Shown here: in pieces, positions 1 through 10,720 of the stretch
Position numbering within the stretch: position 1 is the stretch's first letter
Layout: the number at the start of each line of letters is the position of its first letter
Source: Podarcis vaucheri
Taxonomy: Eukaryota
NCBI GenBank assembly: GCA_965113315.1
Contig: OZ220370.1
Reading direction: 5' to 3' (one strand)
Length of the DNA stretch: 64,000 nt
Notes under the pieces: model-generated
Told to the model about the DNA's origin: nothing
Seen by the model: only the letters and a program-made list of their open reading frames with translations
Database searches by the model: none
Program-made: the position numbers and the translations under genes

Positions 1-2238
1 GTGATGCACATTCTCCTCAGTCTCTGCCACTTACAAATGTCCTGAAATTGAACACTACTCTCCATAAAGCCTCTTTCCCTTCCCATCCACAGCATACCTT
101 ATTTCCATATCTAAATACTATGTGCCTTTAGAAAGAATGTTTTTCTGTCCTGTCACTGGCTTGCATACCCATCTCTCAAATGCCTTTCCCCCCTCTGTGT
201 AGCTCCTTTCTTCTCAGTAGAGTTCCATAAACTTCTCTTTTTTCTCTGATTAGCTTTGACACTCTCCTCTCCTTGCACAACTGGAAGTCTCTCTACATCC
301 CATTTGCAAACCTTCCATTCTTCTCTGCTTCCCACCCCTGCAGATCTCTTCATTTATTCCTCTCATGTTTAGTGCCTCTCCCTTTTAAAACTCAAGGTGG
401 CTAACAACCCACCCCCAAAATTACAAACACTGTATTTCTAAAAAAACAAAACAAAAAGCAATTAGAGATTTCATTAGGTTGCCTTATCTGTTTTAAAGTA
501 CTTTTACAGCACAATCTTATACATCTTGACTCAAAAGCAGGTCCCTCTGAGACCCCTTTGAGTTTAATGGGGCTCATTTGCCTGATGAGTACACTCCAAG
601 GGAGGAGCTGCCCATCTAGATAAATAAAGTCACAATCCTATCCAGATTTACTCTGGATTAAGTCCCATTGAACTCAGTAGGGTTTACTTCTAAGGCAATG
701 TACACAGGATTGCACTGAAGGAAAACTGTGTGATTCTGAAAGTGAAATATGCGTCTACTAAAAACAGTTTAGAGTTGTTGTTGTTTTATAAAATTCAAAT
801 ATCCAATATTTTCCAAGAAAATATGCACTGGAAAATTTGAAATGGAGCAATAAGCAGCACTATAAACAAAATTGATTAGAAGCAGAAGAGATGGTAATAA
901 TTATACTATGAATAAAACACCTTCTTTTTCTTGTATCATCCTTGAATACAAGCCAGATAGATGAAAAAAGTCAGCAGAGCCCTATAAATCGCCTACATTA
1001 AAAAAAATCTGGACAAATGTTGATTACTGGTTGCCTGTATAAGGAGACATCAACAATCTGAAGGAAAAGCCATGAGAGATTGAAATTAGAAAGCCTTTTA
1101 GATGCTGTTGTCTAGGAGACACTAGAATCTACTGTATTGGTGACAAAAGAAAGAAAGGGCCGAGTGCAATTGCTAAGGCTTTCAGCCTACTCTCTTTCAT
1201 GTTCAGTTTGTTGAGAAGGGGGATGGTTCTGTGACAAATGCTGCTAAGATGAATAGCTGATTAAAGCAGAATTTAGCATTCATTTTACAAGTTAGCTGAA
1301 GAGGATTCATGGCACCATCACATCTTGGAAAAACATAATAGGCACGGATCTATGAACAGAGAGCAAAGCTGGCTTATTTGGAGAGTTGGATTTCACATAC
1401 ACATGTTTAGACAGAGAAATAAAATGACTCAAAATGAAATGCCATCAGCATTAATCAGGCACATTTGCAGATTATCAGAAGAGGAATCATATAAAAACAT
1501 TTCCCCAGAACATTTGCATTGATAGCTATAGAAGTGTTTGCAGAAACTGAAGTAAGAGCAACACACCATTGTTGGTTTTTACAGGAAACTTATTTTTTTG
1601 AAAACATAAAAGGTGGCTCAGAGACCCAAGACAACTCCGTGGGAAAGGTCATAATTACACCTTGCATCCGACAAAGTGGGCTTAAGCCCATAAAAGATTT
1701 ATGGTTGGTTTTACTGCAACTTCTACCCCCTCTGGAAACCTTGAAAGCTTTCACCATAAGCCAGCGAACTGTTACCTCTTTAAAACCACAGGAAAATTTA
1801 AATAAAAGTAATTTTTTAAAAATTAAACAACTATGCTTGAAGTCTGAGTGGGATGGCTTCTGCAGTTAGAACTATGGAGCAAAGGCTACATTCCATAATG
1901 GGTAACTCCTTCGCCAATCTACTCAGTGAATGAGTATATTGTACCTTCAAATGTATTAACTTGATTGGGTGAGGGGGAGTGCTATACAAACAATTATTGT
2001 GCATACTTCTAACTGCCAGGAAATACTAAGGCAATAAACCAGCATTCAATTTGACTCAATTGCCTGGGCATTCATAGCTTCTGAGAGGCCTAACATGAGC
2101 ATCTAAATGCAGAGAACCTTGACTCAGTCACTTCTTTTATTATTATTAAACAGCAAAATCATTTGAAAATGGATTATGTCTGTAAACAAACTTAAGGACG
2201 ATTGTGAAAATAAATTTTGGATCACAGAGGCCAACTTT

Positions 2239-2467
2239 AGAGCCAGTGTGGTGTAGTGGTTAAGAGCGGTAGACTCGTAATCTGGGGAACCGGGTGATCT
2301 TGCTGCTGGGTGATCTTGGGCTAGTCACACTTCTTTCAAGTCTCTCAGCCCCCTTCACCTCACAGAGTGTTTGTTGTGGGGGAGGAAGGGAAAGGAGAAT
2401 GTTAGCCGCTTTGAGACTCCTTAGGGTAGTGATAAAGCGGGATATCAAATCCAAACTCTTCTTCTTC
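2239..2467 (+). mobile_element. Squam3-type tRNA-derived SINE with internal deletion
   Basis: A-box head agccagtgtggtgtagtggttaagagc; body cacctcacagagtgtttgttgtggggg...gttagccgctttgagactcc; (CTT)n tail. Near-identical body at 50835-51021. Confidence 0.85.
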
Positions 2468-4217
2468 GCATGGGGATTGTGACTGGAATTTTCTACTGAC
2501 CTTCCTGCCATTAATATCTGTGCTTAAGGGCCAAGCAACAAAACAATAATTCAGCAGTGCCTGATGCAAAACCCTGCAAAAGGGCTTGATTAACTGCATC
2601 ACCTTTTCATTCATTACACCAGACTGGAGGCATCTTTAGCAACTCAGGCACTGCTGGAATTCATGTTCCCACACAAGTCACTGGAAATCAAGGTTCAAAA
2701 ATAATGCATGATGTTACCCCAATTCACAAAACATTGTCAGCAGCACATGTTCATAGCAGAATTTGGAGCTGGCCCAAAACGCCTGCTCCATGTGACTGAA
2801 AAATGCATGGAGTTAATATTTGCAGATATTAGATCCTCTGGCATGAACTGCCAAGACATCAAAGTGCTTTGTAGTAGCCAAAGCACGGACCAGGAAATAT
2901 CTGATTAAACTCACAACCAGCCTTAGATAGTTAACAAAAGGGAAACGCCACCTTTAATTATACAATTGCCATTCTGGCTGTCTTGGCATTCTCTGTATCC
3001 TAAATTTCCCCCACATGTTCAGTGATTTAAATAATGCTGCAGTTAAAATGTATTCTTCTATCTCTGATTATACTCAGATGCCACTAAAATGTGAGTATTT
3101 GTCTAATGCTTGTTGAATTACTCCACTGCTGCTCAAGCTATGCTAGAGACTCTATTTAAAAAACAACAACTAATTCCATTGTGGTTAGTGAGAAAAGAGG
3201 GATCTTTGGGATACCTAAATATTTATCGTTCCTGTTTTCACAGTTTGAAATACAGAATGTCATCATTTTATAGTATTTATCAGACTGCTCAATTTTATTT
3301 ATTTGTAAGGTTCTCTTCTGCATGTGGCAAGGCTATACAGAATGCCTAATTTTGAAGTTCTTATTCGGCCACCTACAAAGCTCCACTTAAACCAAACCAA
3401 AACAATTTAAGGAAAACAAAAACAAAACATAGCATAATTATAACAACTGGAATCAGGAAAGTATTTTCTCTTTTCTTTGCACACAAGAGAATGAAACTCT
3501 ATGAGCAAATTAACATTTAGATTACAAGACTCTGCATGCTTTCTGTAACAGCGGTAATCAGTTAGCCAATTTGCCAAATCTTCCCAAAAGTAGTGAGTAA
3601 AATAAATATTTGCAAACGTATGTCTAAGGACTTCTATTACACTGAGTAAAATAAGTGCTCCTGTTCATTGCAGTATAATCCATCACTTTTTGTTACATAC
3701 TTCAAGGGAATCCCTGCCTTTAACGAATATTTTGCATTTCCCCCCCTGTGGATAAAAGTTCACGGTTAGTACATTCCCTGGGAACACGTCAATGTTGCTG
3801 TCTATTGCAATGACCTTGTTCACAAACTGATAATTGTGGCATTGTGTTTCTGTTAAAGAAAACAAAACAACAGCATTCCAAATATTGTCCAGATTGAGAC
3901 ACACATATGTGGCGGATATAAAGAAAAATAATGATTAGCTGCACTACAGGGAAAGAGGAGACTTTTCTGAAGTGTTTATATAGCTGAACACAACAAGCCA
4001 ATATGATACGCACAGCCCAATCCTATTGTACCTTCTTAAAATAAAGGCCAAGCAAAGGTGTGTATCATATTATAATGGAACAGGGAAGTAATTTATTGCT
4101 TTTGCAAGAATCTGACATGTATTATCCATATTGTGTGTATGTGATGTTTCATGGACATGAAGAAGCATTACTGAAGATTCTTCACAAAATAATGAAATTC
4201 ACTTGTTATTGTTTTTA

Positions 4218-4684
4218 CCGTATTTTCCGCCCCATAGGACGCACCTAGTTTTTTTTTGGGGGGGGGGGAAATAAAGAAAAAAAATTATTCCCCCCCAGGC
4301 GCGGGGGAAGCCCGAGCTTCCCCCGACCACGGCCCCCAGAACAGGCTGCCACCCCAAGCCTCGCGCGCCCGGCGGGACCTGCCGCCGGGCGCGCGAGGCT
4401 TGCCGACATCTGCCCAAAGCAGGGGGCGGGCTCCGCAGCTCGCCCTCTGCTTCGGGCTGCAGGCTGCCGCCCCAAGCCTTGTGCGCCCGGTGGGACCTCC
4501 CGTCGGGCCCGCGAGGCTTGCGGATAGCTTCCTGAAGCCTGGAGAGCGAGAGGGGTCGGTGCGCACCGACGCCTCTCGCTCTCCAGGCTTCAGTGAAAGC
4601 CTGCATTCGCCCCATAGGATGCACACACGTTTCCCCTTCATTTTTGGAGGGGGGAAAGTGCGTCCTATAGGGTGAAAAATACGG
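4218..4684. mobile_element. Tc1/mariner-superfamily (Tc2/pogo-like) MITE
   Basis: TA|CCGTATTTTCCGCCCCATAGGACGCAC ... GTGCGTCCTATAGGGTGAAAAATACGG|TA: ~27-bp imperfect TIRs, TA target duplication, no transposase. Confidence 0.92.
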
Positions 4685-5214
4685 TATATGTTATTTTATA
4701 CTGGAAGAGGAGACAGAAAACCAAGGGTCATGACAGGCTCAGGCACCAACTGAGAAAAGGCATACAGCTCTCCTCACTTATTGGGGAATTCATGACTGAT
4801 GTAAAAATCACAGGGGAGGTTGTTTAGTACATGGGAAGTAGAATTCTGCACTGGCCACAGTCAGTCCTATATGTCCCATCCCAAGACTGAGGAAATGCTG
4901 TGTGGTAAAATAATGCTGTCCTTGCTCTACTCGTTTGTAAAGTTCATCCGATCCTTGTTCTGTTTGCTTTGGCACAGATGATCAAGCTCTGCAGTTCGCT
5001 GTGGTTAGAAAAGAGGAGGAGGAAGAGGTCTTCTTCTTTTGCATGGTGCCACATCTGCTTCAGGATGCTTACTCGTACAGCAAAAGAGATCTCTTCCTTC
5101 AGAAGCAAAGCACTGTTGATAATGGTTTCTCACTAAGAAAGGTGATGGTTCCATTTGAACTGCAGGTTTGTTAAAATAATCTCTGCAGACCCTTCTCTGG
5201 TTGGTTGCCCCCTG

Positions 5215-5515
5215 CCTTCAAAAGTTACTTGGGGGCAGCTGGAGTTAGGACCTTTTCTGTGGTCGTGATCTAGCTGCAGAACAGCCTCATCTGGCACCTA
5301 ATCTGCTGAGCTTTAGGGGGCAGGTCCATTATGGGTTTTGTTTTGTTTTGTTTTGGTCTGGGCCTTTAGCAAACAATGACATTTTATTCATTATTGATTT
5401 ATGTTATTGTTTTCTGTTGTTTCACTGACTTTGAATTTTATACGTTATAACAATTTTTTGTTGAGATTGGAAGCTACTTTCTGAATTTCTTAGGTAGCGA
5501 GTTATAAATAAAAGT
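5215..5515 (+). mobile_element. Degraded L2-like LINE 3' end
   Basis: ggaccttttctgtggt...gaacagcct, then a T-rich 3'UTR ending ataaataaa; same architecture as other L2 tails in the window. Confidence 0.45.
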
Positions 5516-6593
5516 ATTTAATTAGGCAAGTTACACATGAAAAATTCCCGCTACATTTAAGATTAAAGGACTGGGCTGCATCTAAGTCCACATTGCACCC
5601 CAAGCACGGAATCAGAAAGGACACATTTATTCGCCAAACAAAGTGTGACAGTAAATCAGTGCAGCATGCTTGCTTCTCATTTGATGTTCCGGCTTAATGT
5701 GATTTCTTCAGAGCAGCTACAAACACAATGGCAATAAGGTATTAAAATGAATACAGAACAATTACACTGATCAGTAGTTTCTTCTAGCAGGTTTTCTATC
5801 CATAGCAAAGCACAAACATCAACATAATTAATAAGCACATTGCGTCCCAACAGTGCTGTTAGGCTTGAGCGCCAGACGTCTATGTGCATGATGGAACTTC
5901 CCCTCTCTTCTTCCCTTGAGCCCCACATGCACCCTCTGAGTAGATTTTGGGGTCACATAAGGAGAAGAGAGAAAGGGCAAGTCCTGTGGTATGAATGGAA
6001 CTCTGCTTGAGAAGCACAGGATAAAACTCATAGAAATTATCCAGAGGAAATTCTAGTCTCAATTTAACCAAGTCTTTAAATGTTTATTTTCAATCCTCAT
6101 TTGGAATGAAAAATGCTTACCTTTTATTCCCCTCAAACTATATTCTGTCTTTTAATAGGAAAGTATTGTAGTCTATTTAACAGGTTCCCACAAGCGAGAA
6201 GATTTCCAAAATATAGCAATAGTCATATCTATAGAATTTCTATCAAAATGAAAGATTTTAATAAAATGTTGCTGTTGAAAAAACCTAAAACAACAGCCAA
6301 GTTTCCTGTGATAAAATTGCCCAAGGAGTTGACTTGATTTTCATTCTCTGGGCGTGCAAGCAGAACATTTCTTCCACACATGCGATTTCTAAATATAGCA
6401 CTCAGTAGAAAAATCAGCATCTCTTTAACCTCTCTGATACTCTGATGTCTCTAAGAAAATGCATGTTTTTCCTCTTTTTTGTTCTACAACTTTAGATGTT
6501 TACATTTTTCCATGTTTGAATTCATTTTATTTTTGAGAAAGAGTAAACTTAGCATAGAAAGGAAACCAAGTTTTGATAATTCCCCCCCCCCTT

Positions 6594-7255
6594 AGAATCA
6601 CAGAATTGTAGTGTTGGAAAGGAGCCCAAGGATCATCTTCTAGCCCAACTCCCTGCAATGTAGGAATCACAGCTAAAGAATCCCTAAGAGATGACCGTAC
6701 AACCTCTGCTTAGCAACCTCCAAAAAAGGAGAACCCGCCACACCTTCTGAGGTAGTATATTCCATGGTCGAGCAGCACTTACAATCAGAAAGTTCTTCCT
6801 AATATTTAGTCAGAATCTGCTTTCTTGTAATTTGAATCCATTGATTCAGGCCCTACCCTCTGGAGCAGCAGAAAACAAGCTTGACCCATCTGCCATGTGA
6901 TAGCCATTCAGATATTTGAAGATGGCTATCTTAGTCTTCTATATAAATATACCTAACTCCCCCCTGTTCCTCATAAGACTTAGCTTCCAGACTCTTGATC
7001 ATCTTGGTCAACCTCCTCTACAACCTCCTCTACACACAATAAAGTGTGGTGCCCAGAACTGCACACAATACTGCCATTTGGGATCTGACCAAGGGAGCTA
7101 TTATTTCCTTTGATCTGTTGATAAAGGCTAGAACTGTATTAGGTGTTTTTGTGTGTTTTCTGCTGCTGCAGTCACACTATCAACTCACGTTAAGCTTATG
7201 GTCTACTATGGTCTACTAAGACCCCTAGGTCAAGTCAGGTGTCCCCCCATTTTGG
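6594..7255 (-). mobile_element. CR1 LINE 3' fragment
   Basis: Reverse CR1 tail agaatcacagaattgtagtgttggaaagg; RT-region hallmarks tgtggtgcccagaactgcacacaatact and aagacccctagg. Confidence 0.85.
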
Positions 7256-7739
7256 TGATTCTATATATTCCTGCTAAAATGTTTAACCATAAACATTTTA
7301 TATAGAGGAAAATGCTGCTTTGCTTTAGCATTGCACAATCTAAAACCAGGAAGGTGGTTCTAAAAAGTGAATGCAAGCTAGATGATAAATCCACAGGGTG
7401 GGAAAGAGCCAGAAGGTGACTGTCCCAAAATATGAGTCTCCACCCTTGATTAATCCGCATAGTCCAGGTCACAAACACGCAAAATTGCAACAGTTTCATC
7501 TCTCAAGTTTTAAACAAAAAACAGTTTTAATTCTGATTTTACAAATAAACTATCATCTGCATTCAAAAGAATATGAGATGTATCTCTTTTTAGTAAGCTT
7601 CTTTATTTCCAATACAGTTGTTTATTTTCATTAGTCTCTATGAAGAAAACTGTGAAAACTCAAAATGCTTTCATATTCCCTACAGCAATCTAAGCTGCTC
7701 TAACTACTATTTCCTAGCCACTGATGGATGCATTATAAA

Positions 7740-7881
7740 ATCATAGAACTCCAGAGTTGGAAGGGACCACGAGGGTCATCTAGTCCAACCCCCTGCTATA
7801 CAGGAAACTTTGGCACCAAATGGGACTTGAACCCACAACCATGAAATTAAGAGTCTCATGCTCTACTGACTGAGCTATCCC
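7740..7881 (-). mobile_element. tRNA-Lys(CTT)-headed SINE with CR1-derived tail
   Basis: Reverse complement reads gggatagctcagtcagtagagcatgagactcttaatttcatggttgtgggttcaagtccc (tRNA-Lys-like), followed by gggggttggactagatgaccctcgtggtcccttccaactc...ttctatgat (CR1 3' end). Confidence 0.88.
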
Positions 7882-8136
7882 ACCTCAGCTTGTATTTAAA
7901 ATGGTCAGGATCAAAACATTTACACAATTAGTTATTTGAACCCAGAATTGCCTTGGTTCTGTACTTCTCAAACAGTAGTTCTCATTTCCACAATGTAAAC
8001 AACTTTGGAAATGGAGAGAGCCTTCCAAACAGTTTATGATACGTCCTGAAACATGTCAGTGATGTAGGGTGGAAAAAAATTAGCGGGTCTGAAAGCTGTA
8101 ATTTACTTTTTTGAGGGTACTACTCTATGAAGCTTA

Positions 8137-8138
<2 letters not shown>

Positions 8139-8201
<63 letters not shown>
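8139..8201. repeat. Compound (CT)n(CA)n microsatellite
   Basis: Direct read. Confidence 0.98.
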
Positions 8202-8203
<2 letters not shown>

Positions 8204-9584
8204 GCCATGGTAAACAGAGAGCAAACTACAATATAAAATAATGCATATTTTCAGAATGTTAAATTAGATCCCAACTTATTAAGGGCATTTGGGGGGGGGG
8301 GGTTTCTGTTACATGTGCATCAAAGTCTGCTGCTAAAGGGAAAAATAATCAATGAACATTCCTAAACTGGCTCTTTGGATTCCAGACCGTATCAAAGTAA
8401 ATTGACTCAAATCATTCAACAACTACTCATATCCTGCTAGGGAGTTTTTAATCTTCTCCAATGATTACTCATAACTGGGGTAGATTTATCCCAAATCTAA
8501 GAAAATAAGTTGAAATGAAAGTCAAAAGTTGTCACCCTGATAATAGAAGTGAACTAGTGGTAAGATTAGGAAGAGGAATTATATCTATTCCTACTTAGCA
8601 TAAAGTCTGTAAGCACACTGGTAGAAGAGTGTGAAGCTGACAACTGCTACAGGATACCGATCACATCTTAATGTATTTAATTTAGTGATCACGTATACCT
8701 TTTCTACTGAGAAATATATTTTGAAAGCAGAATTGTTAGAAAATCCTCTCTCTTTTTTACCTCTTGAAGGTTTGCCATAATGCTTTCTGTCAACTCCATT
8801 TTATTTGCAGACTGCTGCATTTCCTGGAACATGGAACTCTGGTAACTGTCATTCATACTTTTGTAACCTGGAGGACCAATTATCACAATGAAGGCTACAT
8901 AAGAATATAGTTGAAAATGGTTCAGAAACTTCTGAAAGCCTGCTGCATCCTGTGCTATCCGTTGATGAGGGCAGGGAGATAGATGGAAGCATATACATTA
9001 ATTATCAGCCAGCTGCACCAGTGCTGGCCAATGGTCTAGTGAAGTCCTTCATAGGCCTTTGTAGGAATACCTTAAGGAATAGCTCCCCATATAAGCCCTC
9101 ACATCCTTTTAAGATCACCTCTAGCCTTTCTTCTCATTTTCACATGGGAAACAGTGAAATAAAGTACACGTCTGAAATGTCAATATTACAGTGTCAGAAT
9201 GATGCCTAGTTTTGAAGGGCTTTCAAATACTTAATTGAAAACGAAATAGCAAGGTCACGGCTTGAAGATTTTTGCCCTATTCATGTATCCATAAGGGATG
9301 GGGAGGGTGGGCGCGAGAACACTAGCTCCATACCTGGTGACTGTCTGCAGTGGGGAAGCCTCCTAGACTTGGTAAGAATCTCCAGACATTTTAGAACCTT
9401 CGTTTCATAGGGATCCTTGCATGAATTGAGGAAGTCTCCCAGATTCAGTCACTCTCCAACTTGTGGATAGTGACTAGGATGGTGAGGGGGTTGGAGTCCA
9501 TGGAGCAAACGTGCTTGTGTCCACTCGTCCCCCTCACATTTTAAGTTGGCATAATTAATGCCTGAATAGGGATTGAATCATCTT

Positions 9585-9755
9585 GGGTATTACACCACAT
9601 ATTTAAGCCACATTTAAAGCACATAGCTTCCCCCTCTCCAATGGCCCAGGGTAACTGTAATTTACCTCCCACAGAACTACAATTCCCACCACTCTTAGCA
9701 AACCTTAGTTCCCAGGATTCTTTGAGTGAAGCCATGCCCCTTAAATGTACAGTAC
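9585..9755. mobile_element. Degraded non-autonomous DNA element (MITE-like)
   Basis: tttaaagcacatagcttc...gggtaactgtaattt / gaactacaattccca...cccaggattctttg...gaagccatgccccttaaa; imperfect inverted architecture typical of lizard MITEs. Confidence 0.5.
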
Positions 9756-10399
9756 TGATGTGACCTGAATCACTCCTTGGCCTGAACAGCGCATGAAATT
9801 TGTCTAGAAGTTACCGCATCAAGCAAATTATGCCCCCTCCGTTCTGTATTTGTATGCTGAAATGAGGGCTTCACAATATTCTTCTACTTTTTTAAAATCA
9901 GTCTTTACATGTAAACTTCTGCTTAGCCGCCTTGCATGCTGTCATACATTGCAACTGGCCAGCAAAGCATCTATTTTCCTTTGAAGCGTATCTGCAGGAG
10001 AAGAGCTAACAGTTTGATTCAAAAAGGAGCTCTCCGCTTCAATCAGCCTTGTGGCACTCAGCAGTGCTACTGAGGCCACTGAGAAGCTTTTAAGGTGTGA
10101 ATTCTATTATACAAACCTCAATTAAGGAGGTGGTTTAAGGTTTAAGGTTCCCAATTCTTTTTGATGGAATCTGGAGTAGAAAGGGGATGCATGGAGAGAA
10201 GGGGGCAAGTTTGGCACTGGCAGATAAAACAAAATCCATTGTTCTTCTCTTTCAATTCTCCACTCTTTTGCTTTCAGGAATCAAAAATGGTCGCACCTGA
10301 GGTGATACGAGCCTGAATGACAGAGCGAAGAAAAGTTTGTCTTAAGGAGGCTTAGCCAGGTTCTAACTTAACGATTGGGAGAAGGTATTTCAGAGTAAC

Positions 10400-10720
10400 A
10401 CAGGAAGCTGCCTTATACTAGGTCAGATTACTTGTCCATCAATTCCGTTTTTCTATCCTGACTGGCAGCGGCTCTCCATGGTCTCAGATACAGATCCTTC
10501 CTATGCTCTCCTACTTCCGGGATGAAGAAGCTGTGGCCCTCCAGGTGTTGCTAGACTACAACTCCCATCAGTCCCACCCAGGCTGCCCAGTTGTCCAGCA
10601 ACATCTGAAGGGCCATGCTTCTCCATTCCTGTGCTACACAATCCTTTTAAATGATGACACCATGGACTGAAATTTGACCCTTTCACATGGAAAGTTTCCG
10701 CTCTATCAATGAGCTATGCC
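10400..10720 (-). mobile_element. Degraded Squam2-type SINE interrupted by a hAT MITE
   Basis: aggaagctgccttatact...ctgactggcagcggctctcca ... ctctatcaatgagctatgccc; homologous to 51596-51797 and 56505-56650. Confidence 0.65.
10517..10631. mobile_element. URR1-like hAT MITE nested in the SINE
   Basis: tggccctccaggtgttgctagactacaactcccatca ... tccagcaacatctgaagggcca inverted arms; degenerate 8-bp TSD tcctactt/tgctacac. Confidence 0.75.

Noticed and set aside
582-600. Other CTGATGA/CTGAAGA heptamers as possible hammerhead cores
   Set aside because: In the ones I inspected there is no stem II followed by GAAA and no closing stem I, unlike 30870-30911.
4199-4675. Four overlapping ORFs of 76-141 aa
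   Set aside because: They fall within a GC-rich palindromic MITE and have no transposase motifs.
7810-7881. Apparent tRNA-Lys gene
   Set aside because: Acceptor stem is broken and it is fused to a CR1 tail, so it is a SINE head, not a functional tRNA.
8290-8302. Recurrent poly-G/poly-C runs (also ~12472, 18793, 34122, 35619, 49501)
   Set aside because: Simple homopolymers with no shared flanks; lengths are also prone to sequencing error.
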